NCBI GenBank assembly: GCA_026014815.1
Contig: JAOZHP010000140.1
Location: 17,437-81,436 of the forward strand
DNA from: Candidatus Bathyarchaeota archaeon
GTDB taxonomy: Archaea > Thermoproteota > Bathyarchaeia > TCS64
Direction of reading: 5' to 3'
Length of the DNA: 64,000 bases
A program made the position numbers and the translations under genes. The notes beneath the pieces were generated by a model. That model had not been told where the DNA came from, did no database searches, and saw only the letters and a program-made list of their open reading frames with translations. Below are positions 28,349 through 38,155 of this stretch, in pieces; positions within the stretch are counted from its first letter, which is position 1, and each line of letters opens with the position of its first letter.

Positions 28349-29530
28349 TTGAGTACTTTGGCTTCAACTATACAGGAAACAGTGGAAAAGGTTCAGATCA
28401 GGACTTCTAGGCTTGAGTTCATAGATTTCGCGCGAGGCATAGTGATGGCTATCATGGCGTGGGATCATGTCTCAGGTTTCTGGAACGAGTTACATCACGG
28501 GGGTGAAGGGATTCTAGGCCGTGCACCTCCTTTCGCGGATACACTCTGGTTCCTGCTAAGGTTCGTAAGCCACTACTGTGCTCCATCATTCATATTCCTA
28601 GCAGGCACCGTGCTCGCGTTATCAGCAGCCAAGAGGCTGAGCAGAGGAGAGTCTGAGGCCAACATGACGGTACACATGATCAAGAGGGGGCTAGTTCTCC
28701 TTTTCCTTGAGGCAGCATTTGTTTCCCCCGCTTTCACTCTTCCTTGGACATATTTCGGGGTTATAGCGTGCATCGGAGTCAGTCTGATAATATTTAGCGT
28801 GGCAAGGAAGCTGCCGACCAAGATAATCCTTGCCTTGAGCCTTATCATCGTGCTCAATCATAGTTTCCTAAGCCTAGACTTCATTCCGACTAGGCCAAAC
28901 TGGGGCTGGTACCTACGAACTATCCTTCATGAACCGAACTTTGAGAGGTGGCCGTACTTCGCGTTATACCCCATAATACCGTGGGTGGGTGTCATGGGCA
29001 TAGGGTGGAGCTTCGGTAACTATCTCTCTGGTAAAGACCTGAATGAGGTGAAGAAACTCAAGGTACCCATAGCGATATCTGGGGTCATCTCGATAGTGAC
29101 GTTCTTCATAGTGAGATGGCTCAACGGGTATGGTAATCTGCTGGCGAGGAGGGGGAGCAGCCTAGTCGATTGGCTATACGTGTCCAAGTACCCCCCAAGC
29201 GTGGCTTTCCTATTATGGTCACTGGGAGGCATGTGTCTATTCCTAGCACTTGGACTACACCTGCAAGACAAGGAATGGTTCCATAAGGGCGTTACAGGCG
29301 CCATACTTGTCTTTGGCAGGAACCCCCTCTTCTTCTACCTGACGCATCTATGGCTGTATAGAGCGCGGTGGCCTGACTTCGCCCCTGGTGTAGGCGCGCC
29401 CCCCTTCTTCCTAGAGTTGGGTGAAACACTGCTCTTCTGGGTTGTGGGGCTTGTTGTGCTCTGGCAGTTGTGCCTTAGGTATGAGAAGCTGAAGAGAAAA
29501 TACCCCAAACCCATACTGCAGTACATCTAG
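28349..29530 (+). CDS. DUF1624-like polytopic membrane protein (HGSNAT-like putative acyltransferase)
   Basis: RLEFIDFARGIVMAIMAWDH N-terminal motif, followed by about 10 TM helices. Confidence 0.5.
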   Translation: MSTLASTIQETVEKVQIRTSRLEFIDFARGIVMAIMAWDHVSGFWNELHHGGEGILGRAPPFADTLWFLLRFVSHYCAPSFIFLAGTVLALSAAKRLSRGESEANMTVHMIKRGLVLLFLEAAFVSPAFTLPWTYFGVIACIGVSLIIFSVARKLPTKIILALSLIIVLNHSFLSLDFIPTRPNWGWYLRTILHEPNFERWPYFALYPIIPWVGVMGIGWSFGNYLSGKDLNEVKKLKVPIAISGVISIVTFFIVRWLNGYGNLLARRGSSLVDWLYVSKYPPSVAFLLWSLGGMCLFLALGLHLQDKEWFHKGVTGAILVFGRNPLFFYLTHLWLYRARWPDFAPGVGAPPFFLELGETLLFWVVGLVVLWQLCLRYEKLKRKYPKPILQYI

Positions 29531-31090
29531 TTGAGTGAAATGATTGAGATTGACCAAGATGAACTCCGTGGCCTAGCAGCCGTCACATTGGTGGTGTTAC
29601 TGGTGACCGGAGGAAATCTTTGGAATAACAGGGAGGCCCCGCCTCTGGGTTTCACCAAGTACAGTAATTACGGGTTCAGCTTCACCTACCCCAAAGACCT
29701 CACGATGGTTGAGCAGATGGTTATGGATACACGACCGAGTTACTGGCTTGGAGACCTACAGGGTGAATCACAGCAAGAAGTGGCAGGTATCATTTGGGGG
29801 TCCAACGAAGCAAGCGGCATCTCAGAGTTCATAGACCTGATCTTCGAGCTAGCAAGTGAGCAAGTCGAGTTCGCATATATAGGCGATGATGACTCGATGC
29901 GACTCAGCGGCAAAGACGTTACTTTACGTAGATTCACAATGTCGAGTAACGGAGTTGAGGTCCCTGGGTTGATGGCGGGATGGATCAGCCCCGAGGGCAG
30001 AATGTTCGTCGTATATAATTTGACTCCGAGCGGCGACGAGGCTTGGCTGAGAGACACGATAGCAACTATGATGAAGAGCCTGGAAACCGAGGCACCTCAA
30101 GAGCCCAGAGAACTTGAGGCTTATTGGCCCACTGAGGAATGGAGGTACGCTCACCCAGATGAGGTGGGACTAGACAGCGATTCACTGCAACGGATGGTTG
30201 ACGACATCAGAGGAAGCGGCTTCGACGTTGACAACGCCCTCGTGATAAAGAACAGCTACGTGGTGCTGGATGAGTACTTCGGTGACTATGAGAAAGATGA
30301 TCTTCACATAGTCTACAGCTGCACGAAGAGCGTCGTCTCGACACTGATAGGGCTAGCCATCGAGGACGGCTTCATAGATGGAACTGATGTGTTGCTGCTG
30401 GACTTGTTCCCAGAGATAGAGCCCGAGAACCTCGACGACCTGAAGCAGAGCATAACCTTAGAGGATATGTTGATGATGAGCGCTGGCTACGACGCGAGAG
30501 ACAGTTGGCTCTACGAGTGGGAGAAGCTTGGAGACATGCATGACGCAGAGGACGCTGTCAAGTACGTTATGGATCTACCGATGGAGTTCGAGCCTGGAAG
30601 CCGGTTCGAGTACACAAACGGAGTAAGCCATCTACTTTCATGCATAATCACGGAGAAGACTGGGCTCTCAGCCGCCGAGTACGCGGAACAACGACTGTTC
30701 AGTTCACTCGGGATCACAGATTATGATTGGAGAACAGATAAGATGGGCCGCAACTGGGGATACAGCTCACTGTACCTCACCCCTCACAGCATGGCCAAGA
30801 TAGGATACCTGTTCCTCAATAAAGGAGAATGGGACGGCGAACAGGTTATCTCCGAAAACTGGGTCGAGGAAGCCACAAGGCACCGGATCGACGCCAACAT
30901 CAAGGACGGTTACGGGTACCAGTGGTGGGTTGACGACGACGGGTACTACTTAGCCCTCGGCTACATGGGTCAATTCATATTCGTGTTCCCGGAGGATGAC
31001 ATGGTCGCGGTATTCACGAGCAGCAGCCCCGAGACCTTTGACTACTCCATAAGGCTGCCTGAGAGATTCATTCTCCCAGCCGTCCGCTAG
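29531..31090 (+). CDS. Membrane-anchored beta-lactamase/transpeptidase-fold serine hydrolase
   Basis: N-terminal TM helix. It has SCTKS (SxxK) and YTNG (YxN) motifs and a C-terminal KDGYGYQWW-type region. The start codon is TTG, or ATG at 29540. Confidence 0.7.
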   Translation: MSEMIEIDQDELRGLAAVTLVVLLVTGGNLWNNREAPPLGFTKYSNYGFSFTYPKDLTMVEQMVMDTRPSYWLGDLQGESQQEVAGIIWGSNEASGISEFIDLIFELASEQVEFAYIGDDDSMRLSGKDVTLRRFTMSSNGVEVPGLMAGWISPEGRMFVVYNLTPSGDEAWLRDTIATMMKSLETEAPQEPRELEAYWPTEEWRYAHPDEVGLDSDSLQRMVDDIRGSGFDVDNALVIKNSYVVLDEYFGDYEKDDLHIVYSCTKSVVSTLIGLAIEDGFIDGTDVLLLDLFPEIEPENLDDLKQSITLEDMLMMSAGYDARDSWLYEWEKLGDMHDAEDAVKYVMDLPMEFEPGSRFEYTNGVSHLLSCIITEKTGLSAAEYAEQRLFSSLGITDYDWRTDKMGRNWGYSSLYLTPHSMAKIGYLFLNKGEWDGEQVISENWVEEATRHRIDANIKDGYGYQWWVDDDGYYLALGYMGQFIFVFPEDDMVAVFTSSSPETFDYSIRLPERFILPAVR

Positions 31091-31094
31091 AATT

Positions 31095-31706
31095 TTACAG
31101 TGAGGCGAAGATGGCCTCCACCATAGCCTGCTCACGTCTCCTAGTCAGTATGTCATGCCAGTAAAGCTGGCTGCTGCTTGTGAAGAGGGCGCCCATGACG
31201 CTAAGTTCAGTAACAAAGCTCCCTACAGTGAGGATACGATTGTTGCTTGAATAAGCGAAGACTGGGTGAAGGTAATCAAAAGTGGTTAAAGTAACAGCAA
31301 AGGCTAGCACCACGTTAAGCAATATCAACCCACTTAAGGTGAAGAAACCCCACTTGGTCATGTGAATATCAGTCAGGTAGAACCCCAACAGGACAACAGA
31401 GAGCAGTAGGTAGAGGACCCCTAGAACCCCCCAAGCCTTAACCTGCACCCTGAAGAGGTTCACCCCTAGAAACAATACCTGGGTCCCACAGTTCCACAAG
31501 CTCAGGTACCTGAAGGGGTCCTCAAAGTCCCTCCAGAAGTATAGCCAGCTGAAACAGATGACGCTGGGGATTACACCCACTGCGATTATCTTGAGATAGA
31601 TGAAAACGAAGGGGTTGAGAAGATCAAGATAGAAGATGGATACAAACCCGCTGAGAAAAATCAGAGAAAGAAAGCCCAGCAGCTTCCCCACCTTGAGCTT
31701 GTCCAC
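31095..31706 (-). CDS. Hypothetical polytopic membrane protein
   Basis: Six hydrophobic helices and no motif. Confidence 0.3.
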   Translation of the reverse strand: MDKLKVGKLLGFLSLIFLSGFVSIFYLDLLNPFVFIYLKIIAVGVIPSVICFSWLYFWRDFEDPFRYLSLWNCGTQVLFLGVNLFRVQVKAWGVLGVLYLLLSVVLLGFYLTDIHMTKWGFFTLSGLILLNVVLAFAVTLTTFDYLHPVFAYSSNNRILTVGSFVTELSVMGALFTSSSQLYWHDILTRRREQAMVEAIFASL

Positions 31707-31932
31707 ATTTGAAGGTTGACACTGCAGCTAATAATATTTTACTGGAGCTACGGGAGTCCTCTGCTCAGGTAATCCGCCATAACCTCCATGACCTTACCGC
31801 TCATCTCAAGGGGCATCGAGGGGCTGTTTATACCCAAAACGTGCTCCGGGAGCTGTGGGAAGTGCACAAAACCAGATGTAACGCTCATTCCTGTCCGGGC
31901 GATATGGTTCAGTCGGGGGCTAAGTCTTTTCC

Positions 31933-32580
31933 TCATGACTCGAACGGTATTGGTGGGATACCGGAAACCTCCGCAAGGTGTGAAGCGTCGTTGAGTCGTT
32001 CTATCTGTCTCTCTTTGAATCCAGATAGTGTCAGAACGGTGATGGCCGTTGGCGCGCTGTGGAAACTCGCTGTGTTCAGAGTCTCCACCGGGAACTGGAG
32101 CCACCATGATAGTAACTGGTTAACGGTACCGCCGTGGCAGACAATTAAAAGAGGCCTGTCATGAATCTCCAAGACCTTATCCATGAACCCCGCGACTCTG
32201 TGATGAAAAGTTCTCCATGTCTCAGACTCAGGGTAGGGTTGCCAGTCGACGATGGGATCGGTTACTTCCCTATAGAAATCCTTGACTTCATCTCTTCTTT
32301 TATTGGCTGCAACACCATTATTGAACTCACGGAGTTCTTTATGATACTCAGGGCTCAATCCGAGCACTCCTGCGATGGCCTCGCAGGTTTGTTTAGCTCT
32401 TTTAAGGTCACTGCTCAATATCCGAACATTGTGGCCCTTCAACTCTCTCCCAAGCCTCTCGGCGACTGCCCTGGCCTGTCTCTCTCCTAATTCGGTTAGG
32501 GATGAGTCTGTCCAGCCTCCAGTAAGGTCGCTTACGTTGTGCTCTGCCTGTCCGTGGCGTACAATAATGATGGGCTGCAT
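31933..32580 (-). CDS. Histidine phosphatase (phosphoglycerate-mutase-like) family protein
   Basis: IIIVRHGQAEHN (RHG motif) and a later LIVCHGG motif. Confidence 0.7.
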   Translation of the reverse strand: MQPIIIVRHGQAEHNVSDLTGGWTDSSLTELGERQARAVAERLGRELKGHNVRILSSDLKRAKQTCEAIAGVLGLSPEYHKELREFNNGVAANKRRDEVKDFYREVTDPIVDWQPYPESETWRTFHHRVAGFMDKVLEIHDRPLLIVCHGGTVNQLLSWWLQFPVETLNTASFHSAPTAITVLTLSGFKERQIERLNDASHLAEVSGIPPIPFES

Positions 32581-32625
32581 GAAATCTAGATGGTTTTCAA
32601 GATTATAACAGTCTTCTCTGAGCAG

Positions 32626-33876
32626 TTACTCTTCAAGTGGAACAGTGGTGATACCTGCTTCTTCCTCGAATTTCATAACTGCCGGGATGAAGAATGCCAC
32701 TACGCCCATGAGTGAAATGACCACGCCTCCTAACCTAAACCATATGAATATACCCAAGGCATCTGATACTGGTCCAGCGAAAGCCAAGCCGATAGGTGTC
32801 ATGCCTCCGCTAAAACTCATGAGTATCGTGAACACTCTTCCCTGCATCTCGGGCGGGATCACAGATTGCATCGATGAGAAGAACGTTGCGTTGGCCATAG
32901 AGTTGAACACGGCGAACATGAACACACATCCAATGGCAACGTTGAATAACTCAGGAGGCATGAAGGCGAAGGCCTCAAGGAAGATACCTCCAACGATTAT
33001 CGATGACATAGCGGTCACGATACGTTTCTTGAATCCACCCCATATACCAAGAAGTAAGCCGCCAGCTATCATTCCTACGCCGTTGGCTGACTGAAGCCAC
33101 CCAAGCTCGACAGCGCCTCCATTGAAGTGGTTGGTCACAACGAGGGGAAGCAGACTGAACGCGGGGTTCATGAGGAAATTGATGAGCATTGACATGGCTA
33201 GGATGAACCTTAGGCCCTTCCACTTCCACACGAACCTGAAGCCCTCCTTCATGTCATCAAGTATTGTCTTCAGGCCCTTCATCTCGGTGAGTTCACGTAT
33301 TGGCTGAGGTACCTTGATGAAGAAAAGTGGCCCAACAGCGACAACAGCTGTCGCCACGTCAACCAGTAGAATGCTCTGGATCGGCAATATCTCAAGCAGT
33401 AATGCGCCGAGGGGGGGAGCCACAATCGCTACAAGACCTTGTAGACTCTGGTTCATCCCAGCGATGCGGCTGAGCTGTTCTCTATCCACCATAAGTGTGG
33501 TTGTAGCCTGCATTGCTGGCCACTGAAAGGCTCCGCCCAACGACCTGATGAACATAGCAACGTAGATGTGCCATAGCTGAACGTTGCCCGTTGAGAAAAG
33601 AAACGCTAACACCACTACTACGAGAGCGATTAACGAGTCTGAGACCATCATGACAAGCTTCCTGTTCCACCTATCAACTAGTGCTCCGGCGAATGGCCCC
33701 ACGAAGACTTGAGGCACCATGGCTACGATGGAAGCGAAAGCCAGCGTGGAAGCTGTTCCCGTTGTGGCTGTGATGTACCAGACCAAAGCGAACTGGACTA
33801 GCCTACTTCCAAAAAGGCTGAAGGCCTGCCCAGAGAAGATTACCATGAACGGCCTTATCGGGCGTTTGTCACTCAT
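32626..33876 (-). CDS. MFS transporter
   Basis: 12-TM pattern with a DRWNRK motif after TM2. Confidence 0.75.
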   Translation of the reverse strand: MSDKRPIRPFMVIFSGQAFSLFGSRLVQFALVWYITATTGTASTLAFASIVAMVPQVFVGPFAGALVDRWNRKLVMMVSDSLIALVVVVLAFLFSTGNVQLWHIYVAMFIRSLGGAFQWPAMQATTTLMVDREQLSRIAGMNQSLQGLVAIVAPPLGALLLEILPIQSILLVDVATAVVAVGPLFFIKVPQPIRELTEMKGLKTILDDMKEGFRFVWKWKGLRFILAMSMLINFLMNPAFSLLPLVVTNHFNGGAVELGWLQSANGVGMIAGGLLLGIWGGFKKRIVTAMSSIIVGGIFLEAFAFMPPELFNVAIGCVFMFAVFNSMANATFFSSMQSVIPPEMQGRVFTILMSFSGGMTPIGLAFAGPVSDALGIFIWFRLGGVVISLMGVVAFFIPAVMKFEEEAGITTVPLEE

Positions 33877-33912
33877 AACGCATACTGAACGTAAGGATGA
33901 AATAAAAGGGTA

Positions 33913-34392
33913 TTAAGAAGCGGTAACTTGTTCAGCCATCTGGTCTAGGAACGGAGAAATATCCATGACCTCATGGACCCCGTCAACAATTAACTCAAGG
34001 TCCAGAATCACAACGAGTTTGTCATCCTGTTTACCTATACCTTTGATGTAGCTCTGATCTTTGCTAAACATGAGATTCCGTGAGATATCTTCTTCGTCGA
34101 TATCACTGACCTCGGTAACGGTGTCAACGACAACACCTACAGTTGACTTGTGGGACTCGATAACTATGATTTTGTTTCTGCCTCCCTCGTCATCCGCTAG
34201 GTCAAGTCTTTTCCTTATGTCAACGATAATGATGATCTGGTCTCTGAGGTTTGTTACGCCGTCCACCCAGTGAGGTGTTCCGGTAACCGGGGTTACTTCC
34301 TGGCAGTCCCTGACCTCACGGACCTGGCTGACTGGTACCCCGTAATCCACTTCACCCACTGTGAAGTTTACTATTTGTTCGTATTTACTCAT
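33913..34392 (-). CDS. cheW: CheW-like chemotaxis coupling protein (orphan)
   Basis: The CheW-domain pattern is present: VGEVDYGVPVSQVREV...TPVTGTPHWVDGVTNLRDQIIIIVDIRKRL. Confidence 0.6.
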   Translation of the reverse strand: MSKYEQIVNFTVGEVDYGVPVSQVREVRDCQEVTPVTGTPHWVDGVTNLRDQIIIIVDIRKRLDLADDEGGRNKIIVIESHKSTVGVVVDTVTEVSDIDEEDISRNLMFSKDQSYIKGIGKQDDKLVVILDLELIVDGVHEVMDISPFLDQMAEQVTAS

Positions 34393-34578
34393 CTGCGTTT
34401 ACCCCTGAGGGGCTATCACGGACCGTTTGGGTGGTCCATGTCCTCGGCTTTTGCACACTACGAGTATGTATAAGGGTTGTAGAGGGAACTTTGTGTATTA
34501 TTCTCGCTACTTTTTCTATAGAAACAGGGTCTATACCTTTAGTGACTCCTTTTATCCTTCAGGGGTTATGGATCAATT

Positions 34579-34968
34579 ATGGGAATCTGGATGGAGATAG
34601 AGGAAGCAGTGAATGAATGGGTCAAGATCTGGAACAATTATAACCTGAATAGAGTCAAGGAGTTGTTCCTGATTGACGAGAGGGTCACCTATTTCAGCTC
34701 AGAGAAACAGGGACTCATAAAGGGTATCGACAATCTTGTGGCGCATCACAAAGAGTTCGGGTTCATCGAGGGCGGGAAGGACATTGGGAACACGCTGTGG
34801 CTGGAAGACGTTTCCATCGAGGAGTTCAGCGACACGGCGGTGGTGAAGGCGGATTGGCTGTTCCAGCGAAAAGGCAGCGACCTGACCCAGAAAGGACCAG
34901 TGACCTTAGTCTTTGTGAAGGTCAACGGCAAACCTAAGATAGCTCACGCCCACTTCTCCAACTACTAG
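34579..34968 (+). CDS. NTF2/SnoaL-like fold protein
   Basis: About 130 aa, with a WVKIWNNYNL...ADWLFQRKG pattern typical of DUF4440/SnoaL-like proteins. Confidence 0.35.
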   Translation: MGIWMEIEEAVNEWVKIWNNYNLNRVKELFLIDERVTYFSSEKQGLIKGIDNLVAHHKEFGFIEGGKDIGNTLWLEDVSIEEFSDTAVVKADWLFQRKGSDLTQKGPVTLVFVKVNGKPKIAHAHFSNY

Positions 34969-35796
34969 GTGAATTATTTGAGAAAGATCAAGCTGGGGGA
35001 CACCGGTCTAGAGGTCTCAAGGCTCTGTTTCGGCACGGAGCCATTCAACATCAAGAAAGGACCGGATGGGCAGAAGACACAGGGAGACAAGACACCCCTA
35101 GAGGGAGGTAGGATACTCGCAGGGGCACTAGAACTGGGTGTCAACATGTGGGATACCAGCGATGATTACGGTACTCATCCTCACGTCGCTGAAGGCTTGA
35201 AACTGGTGAAGAGAAGCGACGTGGTCGTTGCCGACAAGACTAACGCAGCTACAAATAAAGAAGGTTGGAAGGCCGTGGAGTTCAGCCTTGAGGATATTGG
35301 CACAGAGTACATGGACATCATGTTTCTCCACATCGTGCCGCCTGAAGGGTATCACCGAACCAACGATACGGGGATCAAGTACTATTCCGCCAGCCTCAAG
35401 GAGAGAGCAGGAGCGTTACAGGCCTTCATGGAGGCAAAGGAAACAGGACAGGTACGGGCAACTGCAATGTCCACTCACAGCACAGAGACGCTCCGGCAGG
35501 TAGTTGACTTCCCTGACATCGACATCGTGTGTACCACACTGAACATGGCTCACAGCCACATCGATGACGGGAGCCTAGAGGAGCATATCGAGGCTATCAG
35601 AGCAGTCAAGGAGTCCGGGAAAGGCGTCTACGTCATCAAGCTACTCAGCGCCGGAAGGCTCAGGGACAACGCAGAGGAGGCGATCAAGTACGCTCTCCAG
35701 TTCCATGAGTTCATCCACGCGTGGAACATCGGCATGTATGACCTCAAAGATGTGAGGATGAACCTTGAACTCTTCAAAGAGGTTCTTGGTGAATAG
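34969..35796 (+). CDS. Aldo/keto reductase-like oxidoreductase
   Basis: AKR-like start: LGDTGLEVSRLCFGTE...WDTSDDYG. Confidence 0.5.
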   Translation: MNYLRKIKLGDTGLEVSRLCFGTEPFNIKKGPDGQKTQGDKTPLEGGRILAGALELGVNMWDTSDDYGTHPHVAEGLKLVKRSDVVVADKTNAATNKEGWKAVEFSLEDIGTEYMDIMFLHIVPPEGYHRTNDTGIKYYSASLKERAGALQAFMEAKETGQVRATAMSTHSTETLRQVVDFPDIDIVCTTLNMAHSHIDDGSLEEHIEAIRAVKESGKGVYVIKLLSAGRLRDNAEEAIKYALQFHEFIHAWNIGMYDLKDVRMNLELFKEVLGE

Positions 35797-35888
35797 GCTA
35801 AAACCTCATTTTTCTCCAGCAGTTTCACCTTACACTTATCCTTATTTCGCTTCAACCATGTTTTAAACTGAATTAATGAGGAGGATGC

Positions 35889-36347
35889 ATGGAGGGTATG
35901 AAGGATCAACTCATAAGAAGGCTGGAGGAGTCCCTCGAAGATGGATATCATGGCCCATCGATGTACAAGCTGATACAAGGTCTACCTATCGATGAGGCAT
36001 CGGCAAGGCCTCTCAGCAAAAGACACAGTATCTGGGAGATAGTGAACCACACAGCGTTCTGGATGACCATATGTGAAAAGGTGCTAGAGGGAATGGAACA
36101 CCCAGCGCCTGGTGAACTTGATGACTGGCCAAAGAGGGGTTCAACCAAGCAAGAATGGGAGGAGTCAGTATCACAATTAGGGAAAGCCGCTGATGCTCTG
36201 AAGAAATCTATCAAGGATTATGATGGTGACTTCACTGAGATTACTCCACCGAGTGATTTCTCGTATGAATGGATGCTAAATGGAGTGTGCAACCATAATC
36301 TATACCACACAGGCCAAGTAATTCTGCTTAGAGCAAGTAACCCTTAG
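35889..36347 (+). CDS. DinB/YfiT-like putative metal-dependent hydrolase-fold protein
   Basis: Conserved His pattern, including C-terminal HNLYHTGQ. Confidence 0.4.
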   Translation: MEGMKDQLIRRLEESLEDGYHGPSMYKLIQGLPIDEASARPLSKRHSIWEIVNHTAFWMTICEKVLEGMEHPAPGELDDWPKRGSTKQEWEESVSQLGKAADALKKSIKDYDGDFTEITPPSDFSYEWMLNGVCNHNLYHTGQVILLRASNP

Positions 36348-36414
36348 GGATACAGGCCTCAAGGCACCTCATTTTTATTTCTCATCCACATTATCACTGT
36401 GGTTCTGGTAGGTC

Positions 36415-37611
36415 ATGAAGTCAATCAGTCGTTACCTTGCACTGGAGGGTAACATCCGTGTCCTTGCGGCGCAGACCCTCATCAGTCAGATTGGATTCGG
36501 CATGTTATACCCCATCTGGCAAGCTTATCTGATCTCTACGGGCATCTCGCTTAGCCAGCTGGGCTTAATCCAGACCATGATCAACGTCAGCACGGGTCTC
36601 GGCCTCTTCGCGTGGGGCTACGTCAGCGACCATTACGGGAGGAAGCCGGTGGTAATAGCAAGTTCAGTATGCAGAGTCGTGGCTGTCGGCGTCCTCATAG
36701 TAAGCGAGAGCTACCTAGCACTAATGGTATTCGCGTTTTTCATCGGCTTCTCAGCTTTGTTCATGATGGCAAACCCAGCGAGAAGCGCGTTGATAGCTGA
36801 GTCAGTCGAGACACCCCAGAGGGCTACCGCACTGAGCACTTTGATGGCCATCAGTCAGGGAACGAGTACACTCATGGCCTCGGCTGGAGGATACATCGCT
36901 CTCACTGGAGGCTACTCAATTATTCTCTATGTCACACTCGTCACGGAAATCCTAGGAGTGATACTTCTCCTGCTATACATCAAGGAGACGCTGGAGCTTG
37001 AGGACAACGGGGATGCTAGTGAACCCCTCACGGATAGGATCAGCGGAGCCTTCGTCCCGGAGAAAGAGAACTTACCGCTCTACATTATCATGTTCATACA
37101 GGGCTTCGGGTACGCCGTTGCGTACAGCCTCTTCTACGGCGCCTTGACTGATTTTTACGGTTTCACGACGCTGGAGCTTGGGCTCATGACTAGCGGCTTC
37201 AACCTCGTATGGGCTGTGGGAAGCATACCTTTCGGTAAACTGGCTGATAGAAAAGGGAGAAAATGGATGATGATGGGCAGCTTAATTATGGCTCAGGTAT
37301 CTGTGCTTGGGTTCATCGCGTTCAAATCGGTTGCCGCGTTCATCTTCTTCAATGGTGTCAGTGCCATAGACATCTGCTTCTGGATTCCAAGTTGGACCAG
37401 TCTCATAAGCGAGACGGTGCCTCAAGAAAGGCGCAGCAGCGTCATGGGTAAGATAGATGCATATGGAAGAATCAGCGCCATACCTGCACCATGGTTAGCA
37501 GGTTTGCTTCTAGAGAACTATGGGTTCAGGGCGCCTCTCTACGTGCAAGTATTCACCCTGATGCTAAGTATGGTCACTATTAGCAGGATTAGAGAGCCAA
37601 GCTCCGCATGA
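36415..37611 (+). CDS. MFS transporter
   Basis: 12-TM pattern with a DHYGRKP motif. Confidence 0.7.
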   Translation: MKSISRYLALEGNIRVLAAQTLISQIGFGMLYPIWQAYLISTGISLSQLGLIQTMINVSTGLGLFAWGYVSDHYGRKPVVIASSVCRVVAVGVLIVSESYLALMVFAFFIGFSALFMMANPARSALIAESVETPQRATALSTLMAISQGTSTLMASAGGYIALTGGYSIILYVTLVTEILGVILLLLYIKETLELEDNGDASEPLTDRISGAFVPEKENLPLYIIMFIQGFGYAVAYSLFYGALTDFYGFTTLELGLMTSGFNLVWAVGSIPFGKLADRKGRKWMMMGSLIMAQVSVLGFIAFKSVAAFIFFNGVSAIDICFWIPSWTSLISETVPQERRSSVMGKIDAYGRISAIPAPWLAGLLLENYGFRAPLYVQVFTLMLSMVTISRIREPSSA

Positions 37612-38155
37612 GTTCATCATGGATGATTAGTGTCGGCTTGTCGCCGTCAACCACTGTCCACTCACCGTTCCTTATCAGGCGTAGCACATTGCCTCTGACC
37701 TCGACGAGCTTCTCCCTGCTCTCGAACATCTCTTTCTGGCTCCTGTTGGCCTCTATTCGCTGATGAGCCTCATCAGGTGAGACATCGATGAAGTACATGT
37801 GCTCGCTGGTGGGAAGAGACCGCAGGAAGAATAGATACGCGAACCTATCAAGGGGTCTAGGAAGGTAGGCTGTACCCATTAGGTACCTTACGAAGACCAA
37901 GTAGTCGCAACGCCTCCACCCATAGAGGATGAGGGACCTGAACACATCCAGTATGTAGAACAGAGACGCCGCTATCCTAGCGCGCCTCCCCTCCATCAGC
38001 AGGTAGCCTCGACCCATCTGTCCGAACCAGTTATCACCAGAGGGATGAGTCCTGACGATGAACGATAACCCCTTATCAGCGACTTTCTCGCAGAGGAGCC
38101 TTGCCTGAGTGCTCTTACCTGAGCCGTCCAGCCCGTCGATGACTACGAATACCAT
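37589..38155 (-). CDS. Thymidylate-kinase-like P-loop kinase
   Basis: VVIDGLDGSGKSTQ P-loop. The C-terminus is of the IDVSPDEAHQRI type. The start is taken at MVFVV; it overlaps the upstream gene stop (ATGA). Confidence 0.5.
   Translation of the reverse strand: MVFVVIDGLDGSGKSTQARLLCEKVADKGLSFIVRTHPSGDNWFGQMGRGYLLMEGRRARIAASLFYILDVFRSLILYGWRRCDYLVFVRYLMGTAYLPRPLDRFAYLFFLRSLPTSEHMYFIDVSPDEAHQRIEANRSQKEMFESREKLVEVRGNVLRLIRNGEWTVVDGDKPTLIIHDELMRSLAL

Noticed and set aside
31709-32164. 151-aa plus-strand ORF (and a 119-aa minus-strand ORF at 31748-32107) between the membrane protein and the histidine phosphatase
   Set aside because: It overlaps the well-supported histidine phosphatase gene on the opposite strand. 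It is Arg/Ser/Cys-rich with no domain signature. I treat it as frame noise in GC-balanced DNA.
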